A stretch of 64,000 nt of DNA from Candidatus Krumholzibacteriota bacterium (GTDB lineage Bacteria > Krumholzibacteriota > Krumholzibacteriia > Krumholzibacteriales > Krumholzibacteriaceae): NCBI GenBank assembly GCA_030609325.1, contig JAUWCL010000006.1:21286-85285 (forward strand). The letters run 5' to 3'. Position 1 is the stretch's first letter. Each line of letters begins with the position of its first letter. The notes below the pieces were generated by a model. The model was not told where the DNA came from. It saw only the letters and a program-made list of their open reading frames with translations, and did no database searches. Shown piece by piece: positions 8,281-17,573 of the stretch. The position numbers and the translations under genes were made by a program.

Positions 8281-9489
8281 TCACGCGCCGTGCTTCTTCA
8301 GCCTGCCCGAGTTGGCGAGGGCGAGCGTCATGATATCGACCGCGGGGAAGATGCCGAGGGCGCCCCGGTCGCATTCGGCCTCGCTGAAGGCGGCGGCCCC
8401 GTCGATACCGCAGAATTCAGACTTCAGTACGAACGGTACCGGGTGCCACGAGTGGCTCTTCATCGCGCAGGGCGTGGAGTGGTCGCCAGTGACGATCAGC
8501 ACATCCGGCTCGAGGCCGAGCAGTATCGGCAGGTGTGCGTCGACTTCCTCTATGACTCCCTTCTTCCCTTCGAGGTCGCCGTCCTCACCGTACGAGTCGG
8601 TCTTCTTGATGTGTATGAAGATGAAATCGTGCTCTCCTCGCCTGAAGATCTCAGATGCCGTGTCGAATTCCTCTTTTACGGCAAATCCCGTATCGACGAG
8701 GGCCATCCCGCAGAGCCGGGCGACGCCGCGATAGAGCGGGTATGCCGCGACTGCGGCCGCTGAAAGACCGTACCTGTCCGAGAAGGGCTCGATGGCGGGC
8801 CTGCTCGATATACCCCTCATAAGTATGGTGTTCGCCTTCTCCTCGTCGGCGAGGATCGCGCCGGCCATCTCGATAAAGCGGGCGATGATCGAGGCGGTTC
8901 GCTCCGCCCCGGCGTTCATCGCGACAGGAGACAGGGGCTTCTTTCCCGTCACCTGGGGATCGGTTTCCTCGACATCGGGAGAGAGGCCTTCTCCCCTGAG
9001 GACCACGCCGAACCTGTATTCGCGTACGGGCATCACGATTATCTTGACTCCGTCGATCTCCTTTATCTTCTTTCCGAGCCTGGCGCAGATCCTCTCCCCC
9101 TCCTTGTGGGGAATCCTGCCCGCGCGCCTGTCGGCGAGGATTCCGTCGCCGTCGATCGTCGCGAAATTACCCCTTATTGCGATGTCGCCGGGGAGAAGGT
9201 CATACCCTGTCCCGGTCACTTCCACGACTCCCCTGCCCGCGTCGTTTTCAGGAGCGAGCGGGTCGTATCCGAAGAGGGCGAAATGCGCCGGTCCGCTGCC
9301 GGGCGTAATGCCCCGCGCCACAGGAAGGGACCTGCCGCACAGGCCTCCGGCGGCCAGCGCGTCGAGGTTGGGGGTGCGTGCCGCGTCGAGGGCTGTCTCG
9401 GGAAAGCCGGGTGTCCTTATCCCGCCGAGGCCGTCCATGACGAGGAGGATTATCTTCGAATCGTTCGCGCTGAGAAGATGGCGAAGCAT
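8281..9489 (-). CDS. apgM: cofactor-independent phosphoglycerate mutase, archaeal type (ApgM family)
   Basis: Motifs ILLVMDGLGG, HIKKTDSYGEDGD and TGDHSTP. Start taken at MLRHLL (M31 of ORF 8281..9579). Confidence 0.85.
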   Translation of the reverse strand: MLRHLLSANDSKIILLVMDGLGGIRTPGFPETALDAARTPNLDALAAGGLCGRSLPVARGITPGSGPAHFALFGYDPLAPENDAGRGVVEVTGTGYDLLPGDIAIRGNFATIDGDGILADRRAGRIPHKEGERICARLGKKIKEIDGVKIIVMPVREYRFGVVLRGEGLSPDVEETDPQVTGKKPLSPVAMNAGAERTASIIARFIEMAGAILADEEKANTILMRGISSRPAIEPFSDRYGLSAAAVAAYPLYRGVARLCGMALVDTGFAVKEEFDTASEIFRRGEHDFIFIHIKKTDSYGEDGDLEGKKGVIEEVDAHLPILLGLEPDVLIVTGDHSTPCAMKSHSWHPVPFVLKSEFCGIDGAAAFSEAECDRGALGIFPAVDIMTLALANSGRLKKHGA

Positions 9490-9680
9490 CTCGTATCTCC
9501 TTTTCGAGCGACAGGGCGGCCGGCTGTCCCGGTCCGGACCGCAGGAATCCAGACTACAGCCGCCGGCCCGCAGTGTCAACCGTGCGATGAGGCGGCTGCC
9601 GGGCTCAATCGGTTTGGGAATGAGGCGGAAAGGTGTTACAATGCCGGCGTGAAGATATTCCGGATCAAATTCATGGAGGA

Positions 9681-11198
9681 ATGATGGGATCGACGATGAT
9701 ACATGGCAGGCGTCTGGCGGCTTTCGCGGCCGTACTGGTGGTCGTGGCGGGGTGCGGGCGGAAATCCTCCGTCGTCCTCGAGCAGCCGTTGCGCGACGTG
9801 GTCAAGACGGAGAACAACTCGCAGACACTCATGGCCTGGGCCGATGCGGGGGCCAGAGCCGACATCCTGGTCCATATCGACGGGACCGACGACCTGGCGA
9901 TATTTCCGACATCTCTCCACGAGACGATAAAGAACACCGCCGACCACCTCGAAAGGAGAAACTACGAGGTCGTCAACAGGATAGCGACGATTGTCGAGAA
10001 TGGAGGGACGGTCAACATCGGCATGAAGGCCGGGATGTACGGGCGGGTCATCTGGGTCATCCCCTCCCCGGGCTCGGTGACCGATTTACCCCTCGAGAAC
10101 TTCAAGAAGGTACTCATGATGAAGCGCGGCTTTCCCGCGCATGAGCTCGAGGACTTCGCGATATCGGGGAAGCATATCACGGGCACGATCGCGGGTGTGC
10201 CGCTCACGGTGACGAGCCTCGAGGACCTCGAAACAGCCGGCGAGATTGCGTTGCTCGACATCGACCTCTCGTATTTCGCCGGGCTGCAGGCCGTTTCGGC
10301 CGATTACCGGCCCGGGACCGCCGCGCTGCTCAATTTCCTCAGGGTCCTGAAACGCAAGAGGATCCCGGCCGTGATGGCCACTATCAACCGCGCCTCTATA
10401 AACCAGATGGCGCCGCTTGATATCAGGCATTACGCAGATATCATCGAGGAGACTCTCGCCGATCCCTCGCTTCTCGAAGGCCCCGTGCCGGAGAAGTACA
10501 ACCTGATAATACAGGCCGAGAAGGCGCTGGCCGGAGGGCATTACGGGGAGGCCGCGGCCCTCTACGCGGACCTCGTCAAGGCCCACCCGTACGACGCGGG
10601 ACTGCACTTCTCGCACGCGGTCGCCCTCGGATTTCTCGACAGGGGAGAGGAGTGCCGTGAGGCGATGGTCGGAGCGTACGGCATCGATTCGGCATACATG
10701 AGAGGATTCTTCCAGCTTGCGAGGGTCCTCGGGGCGAACGGCCGCATAAACGCGGGCGAGGCGCTGCTCGAGACCTCCGACCTGAAAAAGACACTCCCCG
10801 AGGTCGAGATGGATTACCAGAGGGGTCTCTTCTACATGCAGGCGGGCCTTTACCAGCAGGCCGTGGCGATACTCGTCGACGTGGCGGCTAAGAGGCCGAA
10901 GGATTTCGCTATCAGGACTGTCCTCTACCGGGCGTACGAGGAGCTCGGTGAGACGAAGAGGATGTACAGCATTCTGGAGGACCTCGTCCAGCTCGACAGG
11001 GACAGGGTGGTGCGCGACATGCCCTGGACTTTCAAGAAACTCGGCGATCTGGCATGGAATTTCCACCTCGATCTGGTCGCGGCGAGGTGGTACAAGCAGT
11101 ATCTCGCCCTGGCCCCCGACGATCCCGACGCCGGAAAGATGCGCGAGCTCATCGAGACATGGGAGGGCAGGGACACGAAGCCGAAACGCGTAGAATAG
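9681..11198 (+). CDS. TPR-repeat lipoprotein of unknown function
   Basis: GGAGGA lies just before ATGATG at 9681. Lipobox VVVAGCG. The C-terminal ~220 aa contain TPR-like repeats (GHYGEAAALYADLVKAHPYD, GLYQQAVAILVDVAAKRPKD, ARWYKQYLALAPDDPD). Confidence 0.6.
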   Translation: MMGSTMIHGRRLAAFAAVLVVVAGCGRKSSVVLEQPLRDVVKTENNSQTLMAWADAGARADILVHIDGTDDLAIFPTSLHETIKNTADHLERRNYEVVNRIATIVENGGTVNIGMKAGMYGRVIWVIPSPGSVTDLPLENFKKVLMMKRGFPAHELEDFAISGKHITGTIAGVPLTVTSLEDLETAGEIALLDIDLSYFAGLQAVSADYRPGTAALLNFLRVLKRKRIPAVMATINRASINQMAPLDIRHYADIIEETLADPSLLEGPVPEKYNLIIQAEKALAGGHYGEAAALYADLVKAHPYDAGLHFSHAVALGFLDRGEECREAMVGAYGIDSAYMRGFFQLARVLGANGRINAGEALLETSDLKKTLPEVEMDYQRGLFYMQAGLYQQAVAILVDVAAKRPKDFAIRTVLYRAYEELGETKRMYSILEDLVQLDRDRVVRDMPWTFKKLGDLAWNFHLDLVAARWYKQYLALAPDDPDAGKMRELIETWEGRDTKPKRVE

Positions 11199-11269
11199 GG
11201 CGCCCGGCAAGCGGCAGAGAGACATCATCGAAGGGAGGCCGGCCCGCAGCCGCTCCCTCTATCCTGTTC

Positions 11270-12277
11270 TCAGCTTCTACCGTGCAGTACCTTGAGTATC
11301 TCCTCGATCAGTCCGTCCTCGAGCGCTTCCCGGAGCCGGTTGAGAGAGAGGCGCAGCACATCCACGTCGCGCATCCTGATCTCGACCGTGCAGCTTCCGC
11401 CCTCGAGGTTCCCGGGAAGGTGGATCGATGTTCCGTGCGGAAGTTCCATCTCTTCTATCACACGGAGTATAAATGCGGTGTCTTCCTTCAGATGCGGATG
11501 TGTAAGGCTCCTGACGGCCTCATCGAGCGGCGTGCTGTCCGGTTCGTAATCCCCGGCGAATGTTCCGAAGGCATCCTCTCCGCGGTCGGCGAGGCGCAGC
11601 AGCCCGCGGACCGTTTCGCGCCTGGCGCTCCTGCTCAGCCCGCTTCCCGCGAGCAGGCGGGCCGCGGCCTCGATGTCGATGCCGGGATGCGCGCCGAGCT
11701 GCAGCAGGTCGCCGGGAGATATCCTTCCCTTGTGGATCGCTTCGCGAGTATCCCCGTCGAGCTCCGCCAGGCCGGCGAGCCTGCCGGCGAGATCGGCAGT
11801 GATGTTTCTGCCGAAAATGCCGGAGAGGTACGGAAGAAAATCCGGGAGACGTTCGCCCGCGATCGCGGACGTCCTTGCCGCGAGCGTGATCTTTTCAATC
11901 TCGGAGAGGGGGTCGCCGTGAAGCGACGACTCGAGCCATACGGGAAGGACCGCTGCCGGACCCTCTTCCCGCGCGTCGAATATGAAGGCCGGAATCTTTT
12001 CAAGACCCGCCTCGCGTGCTGCGGCGAGTCTCCTGAATCCCGAGACGACCTCGAGAGCCTCTCCGGTATCGGCGAGAATCGGCGGGGATATGATCCCGAG
12101 AGTCCCGATCGATCCGGCCAGCGCGGCGTCGGAGTCTCCGCTGCCCTCCTCGCCGGGCAGCCGCCACCTGAACCTGAACGCGGCCCCGTTGCCGAGCTCG
12201 AGGCCGGAGAGCTCGACGGCCCGGTATTCCATCTCGAACGGCGGGTTCATCATCTGTTTTCCGTCGTCTGGCGCCAT
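11270..12277 (-). CDS. ParB/Srx-fold N-terminal domain protein (orphan ParB-like)
   Basis: 335 aa. GIISPPILADTGEALEVVSGFRRLAAAREAGLEKIPAFIF matches the ParB N-terminal box with the GxRR motif. GGAGAG lies 3 nt before the ATG. There is no parA next to it. Confidence 0.65.
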   Translation of the reverse strand: MAPDDGKQMMNPPFEMEYRAVELSGLELGNGAAFRFRWRLPGEEGSGDSDAALAGSIGTLGIISPPILADTGEALEVVSGFRRLAAAREAGLEKIPAFIFDAREEGPAAVLPVWLESSLHGDPLSEIEKITLAARTSAIAGERLPDFLPYLSGIFGRNITADLAGRLAGLAELDGDTREAIHKGRISPGDLLQLGAHPGIDIEAAARLLAGSGLSRSARRETVRGLLRLADRGEDAFGTFAGDYEPDSTPLDEAVRSLTHPHLKEDTAFILRVIEEMELPHGTSIHLPGNLEGGSCTVEIRMRDVDVLRLSLNRLREALEDGLIEEILKVLHGRS

Positions 12278-12468
12278 TATCTCTCCATGTCGGGGGATAA
12301 GGGTCTGTCGTCTCCCGGGTATTGTATTGGACGCTCCGCCGCACTTTCAATATCGAAAATGAAGAAAGGACGGCGAATCACGATGTCGGGGGTGTAACAG
12401 TCAGATGCCTGTCAGCCGTTCGAGGATTGTTGATTTTAACCTTTTCCGGATGTATATTGACTGCCGTT

Positions 12469-12996
12469 ATGAAAATGAAGAGAGCTATAGCGCAGGCCGC
12501 GGCCCTGGTCCTTCTGGGGACGGTCGCCGGGCTGGTCCACAACGGTTTCTCGGCCAACGGGATCGACCCGTTCCGGAAACTCGATGACGTTCCCGTTTAC
12601 GATAATGGTGGAAAGCCTCTGGGGGAGACCAATCCGGAAACTCACGACGGGATCTGCTATGTCTCATTCAGGGAATTCCGCGAGATAGTCGATGCAGGGT
12701 ATCCCATACTTGACGCCCGGACGTCCGACGAATACAAGTCCGGCCATATACCCGGAGCTATGCTCTGCGACTATTTCGAGATGGGACGGCACTTCGAGAC
12801 GGTCCTTCCGCGCCTGAGCCCCGAGGAAAGGATAGTCATCTACTGCAGCGGGCCCCGATGCGACGACTCCGAGATGCTCGCACGCGAGCTCTACAACATG
12901 GGATACACGAAACTGTGCGTCTTCAGGGGAGGCCTGGAGGAATGGGATGAGGCCGGGCTGACACTCGAGTACGGACCGGAGGAAGCATGGGAATAA
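12469..12996 (+). CDS. rhodanese-domain protein with N-terminal signal/anchor
   Basis: Motifs ILDARTSDEYKSGHIPGA and active-site loop IVIYCSGPRCDDS, then CVFRGGLEEW. Start taken at MKMKRAIAQAAALVLLG. Confidence 0.8.
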   Translation: MKMKRAIAQAAALVLLGTVAGLVHNGFSANGIDPFRKLDDVPVYDNGGKPLGETNPETHDGICYVSFREFREIVDAGYPILDARTSDEYKSGHIPGAMLCDYFEMGRHFETVLPRLSPEERIVIYCSGPRCDDSEMLARELYNMGYTKLCVFRGGLEEWDEAGLTLEYGPEEAWE

Positions 12997-13523
12997 GCCG
13001 GCGGGCGGATACGGGCGACAGCGGACTTCCCGGTCTGCTTTTCGAGGTCTCCGGCGGTGCTGGACGCCGTCAGCTCCTTCTGCTCGCCTTCCGCGTAGTG
13101 CTGGCGGCGGTCTTCATCTACGCGGCCCTGCAGAAGGTCGGCAAACCCCTGCTCTTCGCAGATGAGATAGGGATGTACGGCATCGTCGGGCCGGGCTCCC
13201 TGCTCTACCTGATCGCGATAGTTCTCCCTTGGATCGAGATGCTCTGCGGCCTCGCCCTTTTCACGGGGATCTTCATAAGAGGCGCCGCGCTGATACTCGC
13301 CGCGATGAACCTCGTTTTTATCGTTGTCATCTCGTACAGGACTGTTGGTATAATGACCGCCGATGGGACTCCGCTCAGGCAGATCTACTTCGACTGCGGC
13401 TGCGGCTTCGGGCCCACGTACGCATGGAAGAAACTGATCGGGGACACGCTTTTACTCGTGTTCTCGGTTGCGGTACTATTTTCGCCGTCTTACCGGTTTA
13501 TCGCCGGAAGAGGGAAGGGGTAG
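12987..13523 (+). CDS. DoxX/MauE-family integral membrane protein
   Basis: 178 aa with about four TM helices (LLLLAFRVVLAAVFIYAALQK...). Overlaps the rhodanese stop by 10 nt. A rhodanese-DoxX/MauE pairing is a common arrangement. Confidence 0.6.
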   Translation: MGISRRADTGDSGLPGLLFEVSGGAGRRQLLLLAFRVVLAAVFIYAALQKVGKPLLFADEIGMYGIVGPGSLLYLIAIVLPWIEMLCGLALFTGIFIRGAALILAAMNLVFIVVISYRTVGIMTADGTPLRQIYFDCGCGFGPTYAWKKLIGDTLLLVFSVAVLFSPSYRFIAGRGKG

Positions 13524-13526
13524 AAG

Positions 13527-14033
13527 ATGGATGTCAGGAAGGGCTTTTCGGGAGCGCTGGTCGCTGTTTTCTGCGTGATCTCGATGTTTTCCGCAGCCGT
13601 TGCACAGGATGATGCGGCGGGCGCCTCAACATCGAGCTTCGAGCACGGCAATTTTGGCCTAGGAGTAATATTCGGCGAGCCGACCGGCCTGAGCTGCAAG
13701 ATGTGGACGACGAAAAACACCGGATTCGACCTCGGGCTCGCCTGGTCATTCTCCGATAACGGGCATTTCCATATCCACGGCGATTACCTCTTCCACAACC
13801 TCGGCATCTTCGGCGTCAGCAAGGGTTCGCTGCCCGTGTACATCGGGATCGGCGGCAGGATAAGGTTCGACGATGATGATACGAGGGTCGGCGTGAGGTT
13901 TCCCATCGGCCTCGAGTACTTCTTCGACGAATGGCCGTTAGCAGTATTCGGCGAGGTCGTACCTATCCTCGATCTCGCGCCGTCCACCACAGGAGACATC
14001 AACGGCGGCCTCGGGATACGGTTCTATTTCTAG
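13527..14033 (+). CDS. small outer-membrane beta-barrel protein
   Basis: Signal peptide ending SAAVAQ, alternating Gly/aromatic strands, and a C-terminal GLGIRFYF (terminal Phe). Confidence 0.6.
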   Translation: MDVRKGFSGALVAVFCVISMFSAAVAQDDAAGASTSSFEHGNFGLGVIFGEPTGLSCKMWTTKNTGFDLGLAWSFSDNGHFHIHGDYLFHNLGIFGVSKGSLPVYIGIGGRIRFDDDDTRVGVRFPIGLEYFFDEWPLAVFGEVVPILDLAPSTTGDINGGLGIRFYF

Positions 14034-14070
14034 GGCCCCCCATTAATCATATGTAGAGAAAGATTCCTGG

Positions 14071-14095
14071 CCCGGTGAAACGAACCGGGTCTTTT
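14071..14095 (+). terminator. rho-independent terminator after the OMP gene
   Basis: CCCGGT-gaaacga-ACCGGG followed by TCTTTTC. Confidence 0.5.
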
Positions 14096-14141
14096 CATGG
14101 TATTGAACGAAAAGCCGTTACAGATTCAGGAGTTACGATGA

Positions 14142-14375
14142 GCACCGAGAGGTGCGGCATATCGAGGGGCGGGCGGCTACCAGGTGATGCGCGGCTGCTG
14201 CAACAATCCCGAGGCGACCGCCGGGACTATCGTGAAGTACGGCGAGGAAATCGCCGTCTGGATTCAGCTCCCCGATGGAGAGACGTCGAGCGAGGACGAG
14301 ATCAAGGCGTTCTGCAAGGGAAAGATCGTCCACTACAAGATTCCGCGGCACATCAAATTCGTCGATGAGTACCCA
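14142..14375 (+). pseudogene. decayed fragment of an AMP-dependent acyl-CoA synthetase/ligase
   Basis: The reading frame gives GGYQVMRGCCNNPEATAGTI (the GY..NPEAT region). It is fused directly to GEEIAVWIQLPDGETSSEDEIKAFCKGKIVHYKIPRHIKFVDEYP (the C-terminal subdomain). The ~130 aa normally between them are missing, as are the N-terminal ~400 aa and the final ~25 aa. Confidence 0.6.
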
Positions 14376-14398
14376 CGGAGGATCCACGCCTCTCCGGT

Positions 14399-15286
14399 CT
14401 ATTTGACGGAGGCCGGCTTCCTTTCCATGGCGCCTCGATATTTACCTGGGACGAAACGACATATATTCTCGACGAGCAGCTCGAAGAGCTGGCTGCCGTG
14501 GTTGTTGTAGCGATATTCCATTTCCAGGACATAGAGAGGCAGCATCTCGTCCCTCACGCCGTGATACTTGTGCAGGCGCTCCATGATGAAGTGCCTCGCT
14601 CCTGTGGGATGCGCCAGGTAGGTGCGGAAGCGGGGGAACCCCCGGCCGAAATCGGCAGGCCCATGCCAGATGCCGTCACAGAGCAGGGAATCGTGTCTGA
14701 CATCCTTGTCAGTACAGATCAGATATCCTTGTTCGAGCTGATCGAGGATCTTTATCCGGTTGGCGGTCAGTATGGCCGTTGTCTCGCCCCCTCCCCCCTC
14801 CCTGGAGTAGAAGACGGGGATATGCCTTGACGCCCCGGGATTTCTCAGGAATTCCCTTCCGTGCGCTGTGGCCGCCGCTATCGATCTTCTGATCGCGGTT
14901 ACCGCCTTCAATATCGTAGGATAGCTGATCTTCGTCTCGTTAGAGATCCTCGTCGCGGTCAGCTCCATCTCGAAGAACTTGATGATCCATAGCCAGGAAC
15001 TCGGAGAAACGTGTATCTCGTTGAGCCACCTGCCGCTGTAGAGGGTGAAACGGTACCCGCATTCTGGACACCGTCTGCGGTTTCCGCCTTCAATCCTGCA
15101 GATCTCGTCGCATCCGCATCGCGGACAGACATTTCCTCCGAAAACCCTGCAGGTGCTCGCCAGATGTTGCAGCGAATTCTTATCGGATGCACCTATATCC
15201 CTGAAATTCAGGTTATCCATGATTCCGCCGTTCCGGAAAAGCAGCAGTTCTTTTCCTTTGTCTGGCCGATCACACCCTCCTGCCAA
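14399..15286 (-). CDS. IS1595-family transposase-like protein (possibly degenerate)
   Basis: Zinc-ribbon CPRCGCDE...RRCPECGYRFTLYSGRWL, then SPSSWLWIIKFF...ISYPTILKAV (HTH), and a C-terminal LPLYVLEMEYRYNN. The usual first VE(I/V)DE catalytic block is not visible. I could not define terminal inverted repeats. Confidence 0.6.
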   Translation of the reverse strand: MAGGCDRPDKGKELLLFRNGGIMDNLNFRDIGASDKNSLQHLASTCRVFGGNVCPRCGCDEICRIEGGNRRRCPECGYRFTLYSGRWLNEIHVSPSSWLWIIKFFEMELTATRISNETKISYPTILKAVTAIRRSIAAATAHGREFLRNPGASRHIPVFYSREGGGGETTAILTANRIKILDQLEQGYLICTDKDVRHDSLLCDGIWHGPADFGRGFPRFRTYLAHPTGARHFIMERLHKYHGVRDEMLPLYVLEMEYRYNNHGSQLFELLVENICRFVPGKYRGAMERKPASVK

Positions 15287-15922
15287 TTCGCCTAGTTCCA
15301 GTTTAACTGTTTACAATAATATAGATTTAGTCAAGTACATTTTTCAATCTGCATAAAATAGGGCGACGAAGTGCCTGCGAGTAATGTCGTTCTATTTCTT
15401 CATTATATATAAGGTTAGGTAGATATCCCTATGTATGGTCCTCGGGGTTCGAATTATTGAAAGGTTTTATGCCACATTGAACATCATTATGCCATCGTGG
15501 ATATTATATCATTTGAGCGCCCTATCGTGCGGTTCGGATATTTGCTGTTTAGATTATTTGACGCCCCGTTCTCATTATTGCATGAAATATTCAGGCCCTG
15601 GCACTGCAGCACGAGGAGCTTATAAAGAATCTGTCACGAGCAATCATTAAAGTGCTGGTAATATCACAAGATAAACCGAATATACCGCTCATGTTAAAAC
15701 CCCGGGACTTATAAAATATGCAAGATAATCGTACGGTGTAACTATATAAAACTCATAGCATTTAAATTATAATATAAAGGAACTGGCACAAATCATCTTC
15801 CAATATATTTATGAGATGGTAAGAAACACGATTTGCTCTGAAGCGGCAATGGTAGCGAAGTAAAAACCGAAATCCAGTCAAGTCCTCTTTAAACATGAGA
15901 GACATCACGGATCCAGGAGAAC

Positions 15923-15937
15923 TGGCACTTCGATTGC
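15923..15937 (+). promoter_or_regulatory. sigma54-type -24/-12 promoter element upstream of the luxR-like gene
   Basis: CTGGCAC-ttcga-TTGCC is an exact TGGCAC-N5-TTGC core. It lies 154 nt upstream of the ATG at 16091 inside an AT-rich spacer. Confidence 0.4.
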
Positions 15938-16090
15938 CTGAAGCCATATAAGGTAAAGAAAAAAACGAACATGTAAAGGAATAGTTACAAATAAGGTAAA
16001 TAAATAAAGACAAGTGCAGCGGGGAAAATAGCACAGCACCTTTAGTAATTATAAAGTCGCGTTAGTGAACCGTCGCGGGCAAAGGAGATA

Positions 16091-16525
16091 ATGGTGAAAG
16101 CAGACAGGTATATTGATCTTGTGTCCGGTTTGAACGGGCGGATCGATGAGGTGGAGGAAGACAGGGACATAAAGGATCACGGCACGATCGACAAGATCCT
16201 CTGCGATATATGCCTGCAGCTTCTTGAGAATTCGAGGGAGATCGGAAGGCTGTCGAGGAAGATCGAGAAGGGCCCTTCATCTATCGGGGACGAGGTGAAG
16301 ATGGAGAGGATGATTGCCGGGACCAGGGTTGCGAGCGGAAAGGCGATGATGACGAGGAGGGAGAAGGACGTGATGGTACAGCTTCTCGGAGGCAAGACCA
16401 ACAGGGAAATATCACGAGAGCTGCGTATAGACGAGAAAACGGTGAAAAACCATCTCTGGAAGATATACAGAAAGATGGGAGTGAACAATCGGACGCAGCT
16501 GCTGCACAAGATATTCTACGAATAG
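16091..16525 (+). CDS. LuxR/GerE-type HTH transcriptional regulator without a receiver domain
   Basis: The C-terminal region TRREKDVMVQLLGGKTNREISRELRIDEKTVKNHLWKIYRKMGVNNRTQLL is a canonical GerE HTH. AAAGGAG RBS is present. Confidence 0.8.
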   Translation: MVKADRYIDLVSGLNGRIDEVEEDRDIKDHGTIDKILCDICLQLLENSREIGRLSRKIEKGPSSIGDEVKMERMIAGTRVASGKAMMTRREKDVMVQLLGGKTNREISRELRIDEKTVKNHLWKIYRKMGVNNRTQLLHKIFYE

Positions 16526-16580
16526 AGATCCGGGGACTACGGAGCCGTCGAGTTTTAAGACGATGAAATCAGGAGGGAAA

Positions 16581-17486
16581 ATGAAATTCGAGGACGTGGA
16601 ACTGGAAATGGAGCGCGAAGATAATGTCAATCCGGAAAGACTACACTGGAGAATCTGGTTTCTGCTGGTCTTTGTTACGGTTGTCAACGTGGCGGTTCTT
16701 ATCACTGCCCAGCTTCTGCTGTACAGTGGACTCATAACGAACGACTGGCCCTGGCAAAAGACGCATCTGAGCCTGTTGTCAGTCCTTTCGCTGGCAATCA
16801 TCGGATTTATCTTTTATCTGACAATACAGAAAAAGAAGATACTGGCCATGGAGAGGCAGATTCGGGATTTTCAACAGAGTAATAACAAGAGGATGAACCG
16901 GAATGCCGCGAGGTTCATCGCCATTTCGAATGTCAGCCGGAAGATGTGCGACGAGACCGATCCTCAGAGGATCTTCAAGTACATCACAAAGACATGCACG
17001 AAATTATTCCGCTGCGATCGCGCTTCCCTGATGATACTCGATGAAAAAGCGGGCGAGCTCGTGGTTCGTGCCGTAAGTCCGATTCGGGAGGATCATTTTT
17101 CCGGGGTACACCAGAAACTGGGAAAGGGGATCGCCGGCCGGGTGGCGGAATCCCGAAAGGCGCTTCTTCTGCGGCGTGATATGGATTTTTCAGAATACAG
17201 CGATCTTAAGGAAAAAATCGACAGATCGATTTCGGCTATGGTCGTTCCGATTGTACTGAGAGACGAGTTGGTCGGTGTCATCAATGTCAGCACGAACGAT
17301 CCCGATGTGGAATATGAAGAGGATGACATAAACGCCCTCCAGGTATTCGCCGAGAACGCGGGGGCGTTCATCCGGCATTCGGAAAAGGCAGAATGGATGA
17401 GGAAGACCATCGAAAGGCTCGGGAATATCTCGAGAGAGGCCGGTTCGAGATATGGGTGTGTCGACGCCGGCCTGCCGGAGGCATGA
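16581..17486 (+). CDS. membrane-anchored GAF-domain protein
   Basis: Start at MKFEDV, preceded by AGGAGGGAAA. Two TM helices are followed by a GAF-like region (RIFKYITKTCTKLFRCDRASLMILDEKAGELVVRAV...GIAGRVAESRKALLL...VVPIVLRDELVGVINVS). Confidence 0.75.
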   Translation: MKFEDVELEMEREDNVNPERLHWRIWFLLVFVTVVNVAVLITAQLLLYSGLITNDWPWQKTHLSLLSVLSLAIIGFIFYLTIQKKKILAMERQIRDFQQSNNKRMNRNAARFIAISNVSRKMCDETDPQRIFKYITKTCTKLFRCDRASLMILDEKAGELVVRAVSPIREDHFSGVHQKLGKGIAGRVAESRKALLLRRDMDFSEYSDLKEKIDRSISAMVVPIVLRDELVGVINVSTNDPDVEYEEDDINALQVFAENAGAFIRHSEKAEWMRKTIERLGNISREAGSRYGCVDAGLPEA

Positions 17487-17573
17487 CGAGTATCGCCGTA
17501 AGCAGGTGTGCGGGTCCCGGCCTTTACCGGTGCTGACCGGTCCCTGCTGTCTGCCCCGTTTCGGCTATTCAGA

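Noticed and set aside
14376-15360. Defining a complete IS1595-family element with inverted repeats and target-site duplication.
   Set aside because: I could not find matching terminal inverted repeats or direct repeats by eye around 14376-14400 and 15287-15360. Only the transposase-like ORF is reported.
15435-16034. ORFs 15435..15650 (+) and 15762..16034 (-) inside the AT-rich spacer.
   Set aside because: They are short and low-complexity (Ile/Leu/Phe/Tyr/Ser-rich, as expected from random AT-rich DNA), with no RBS and no motif. I treat them as non-coding spacer.
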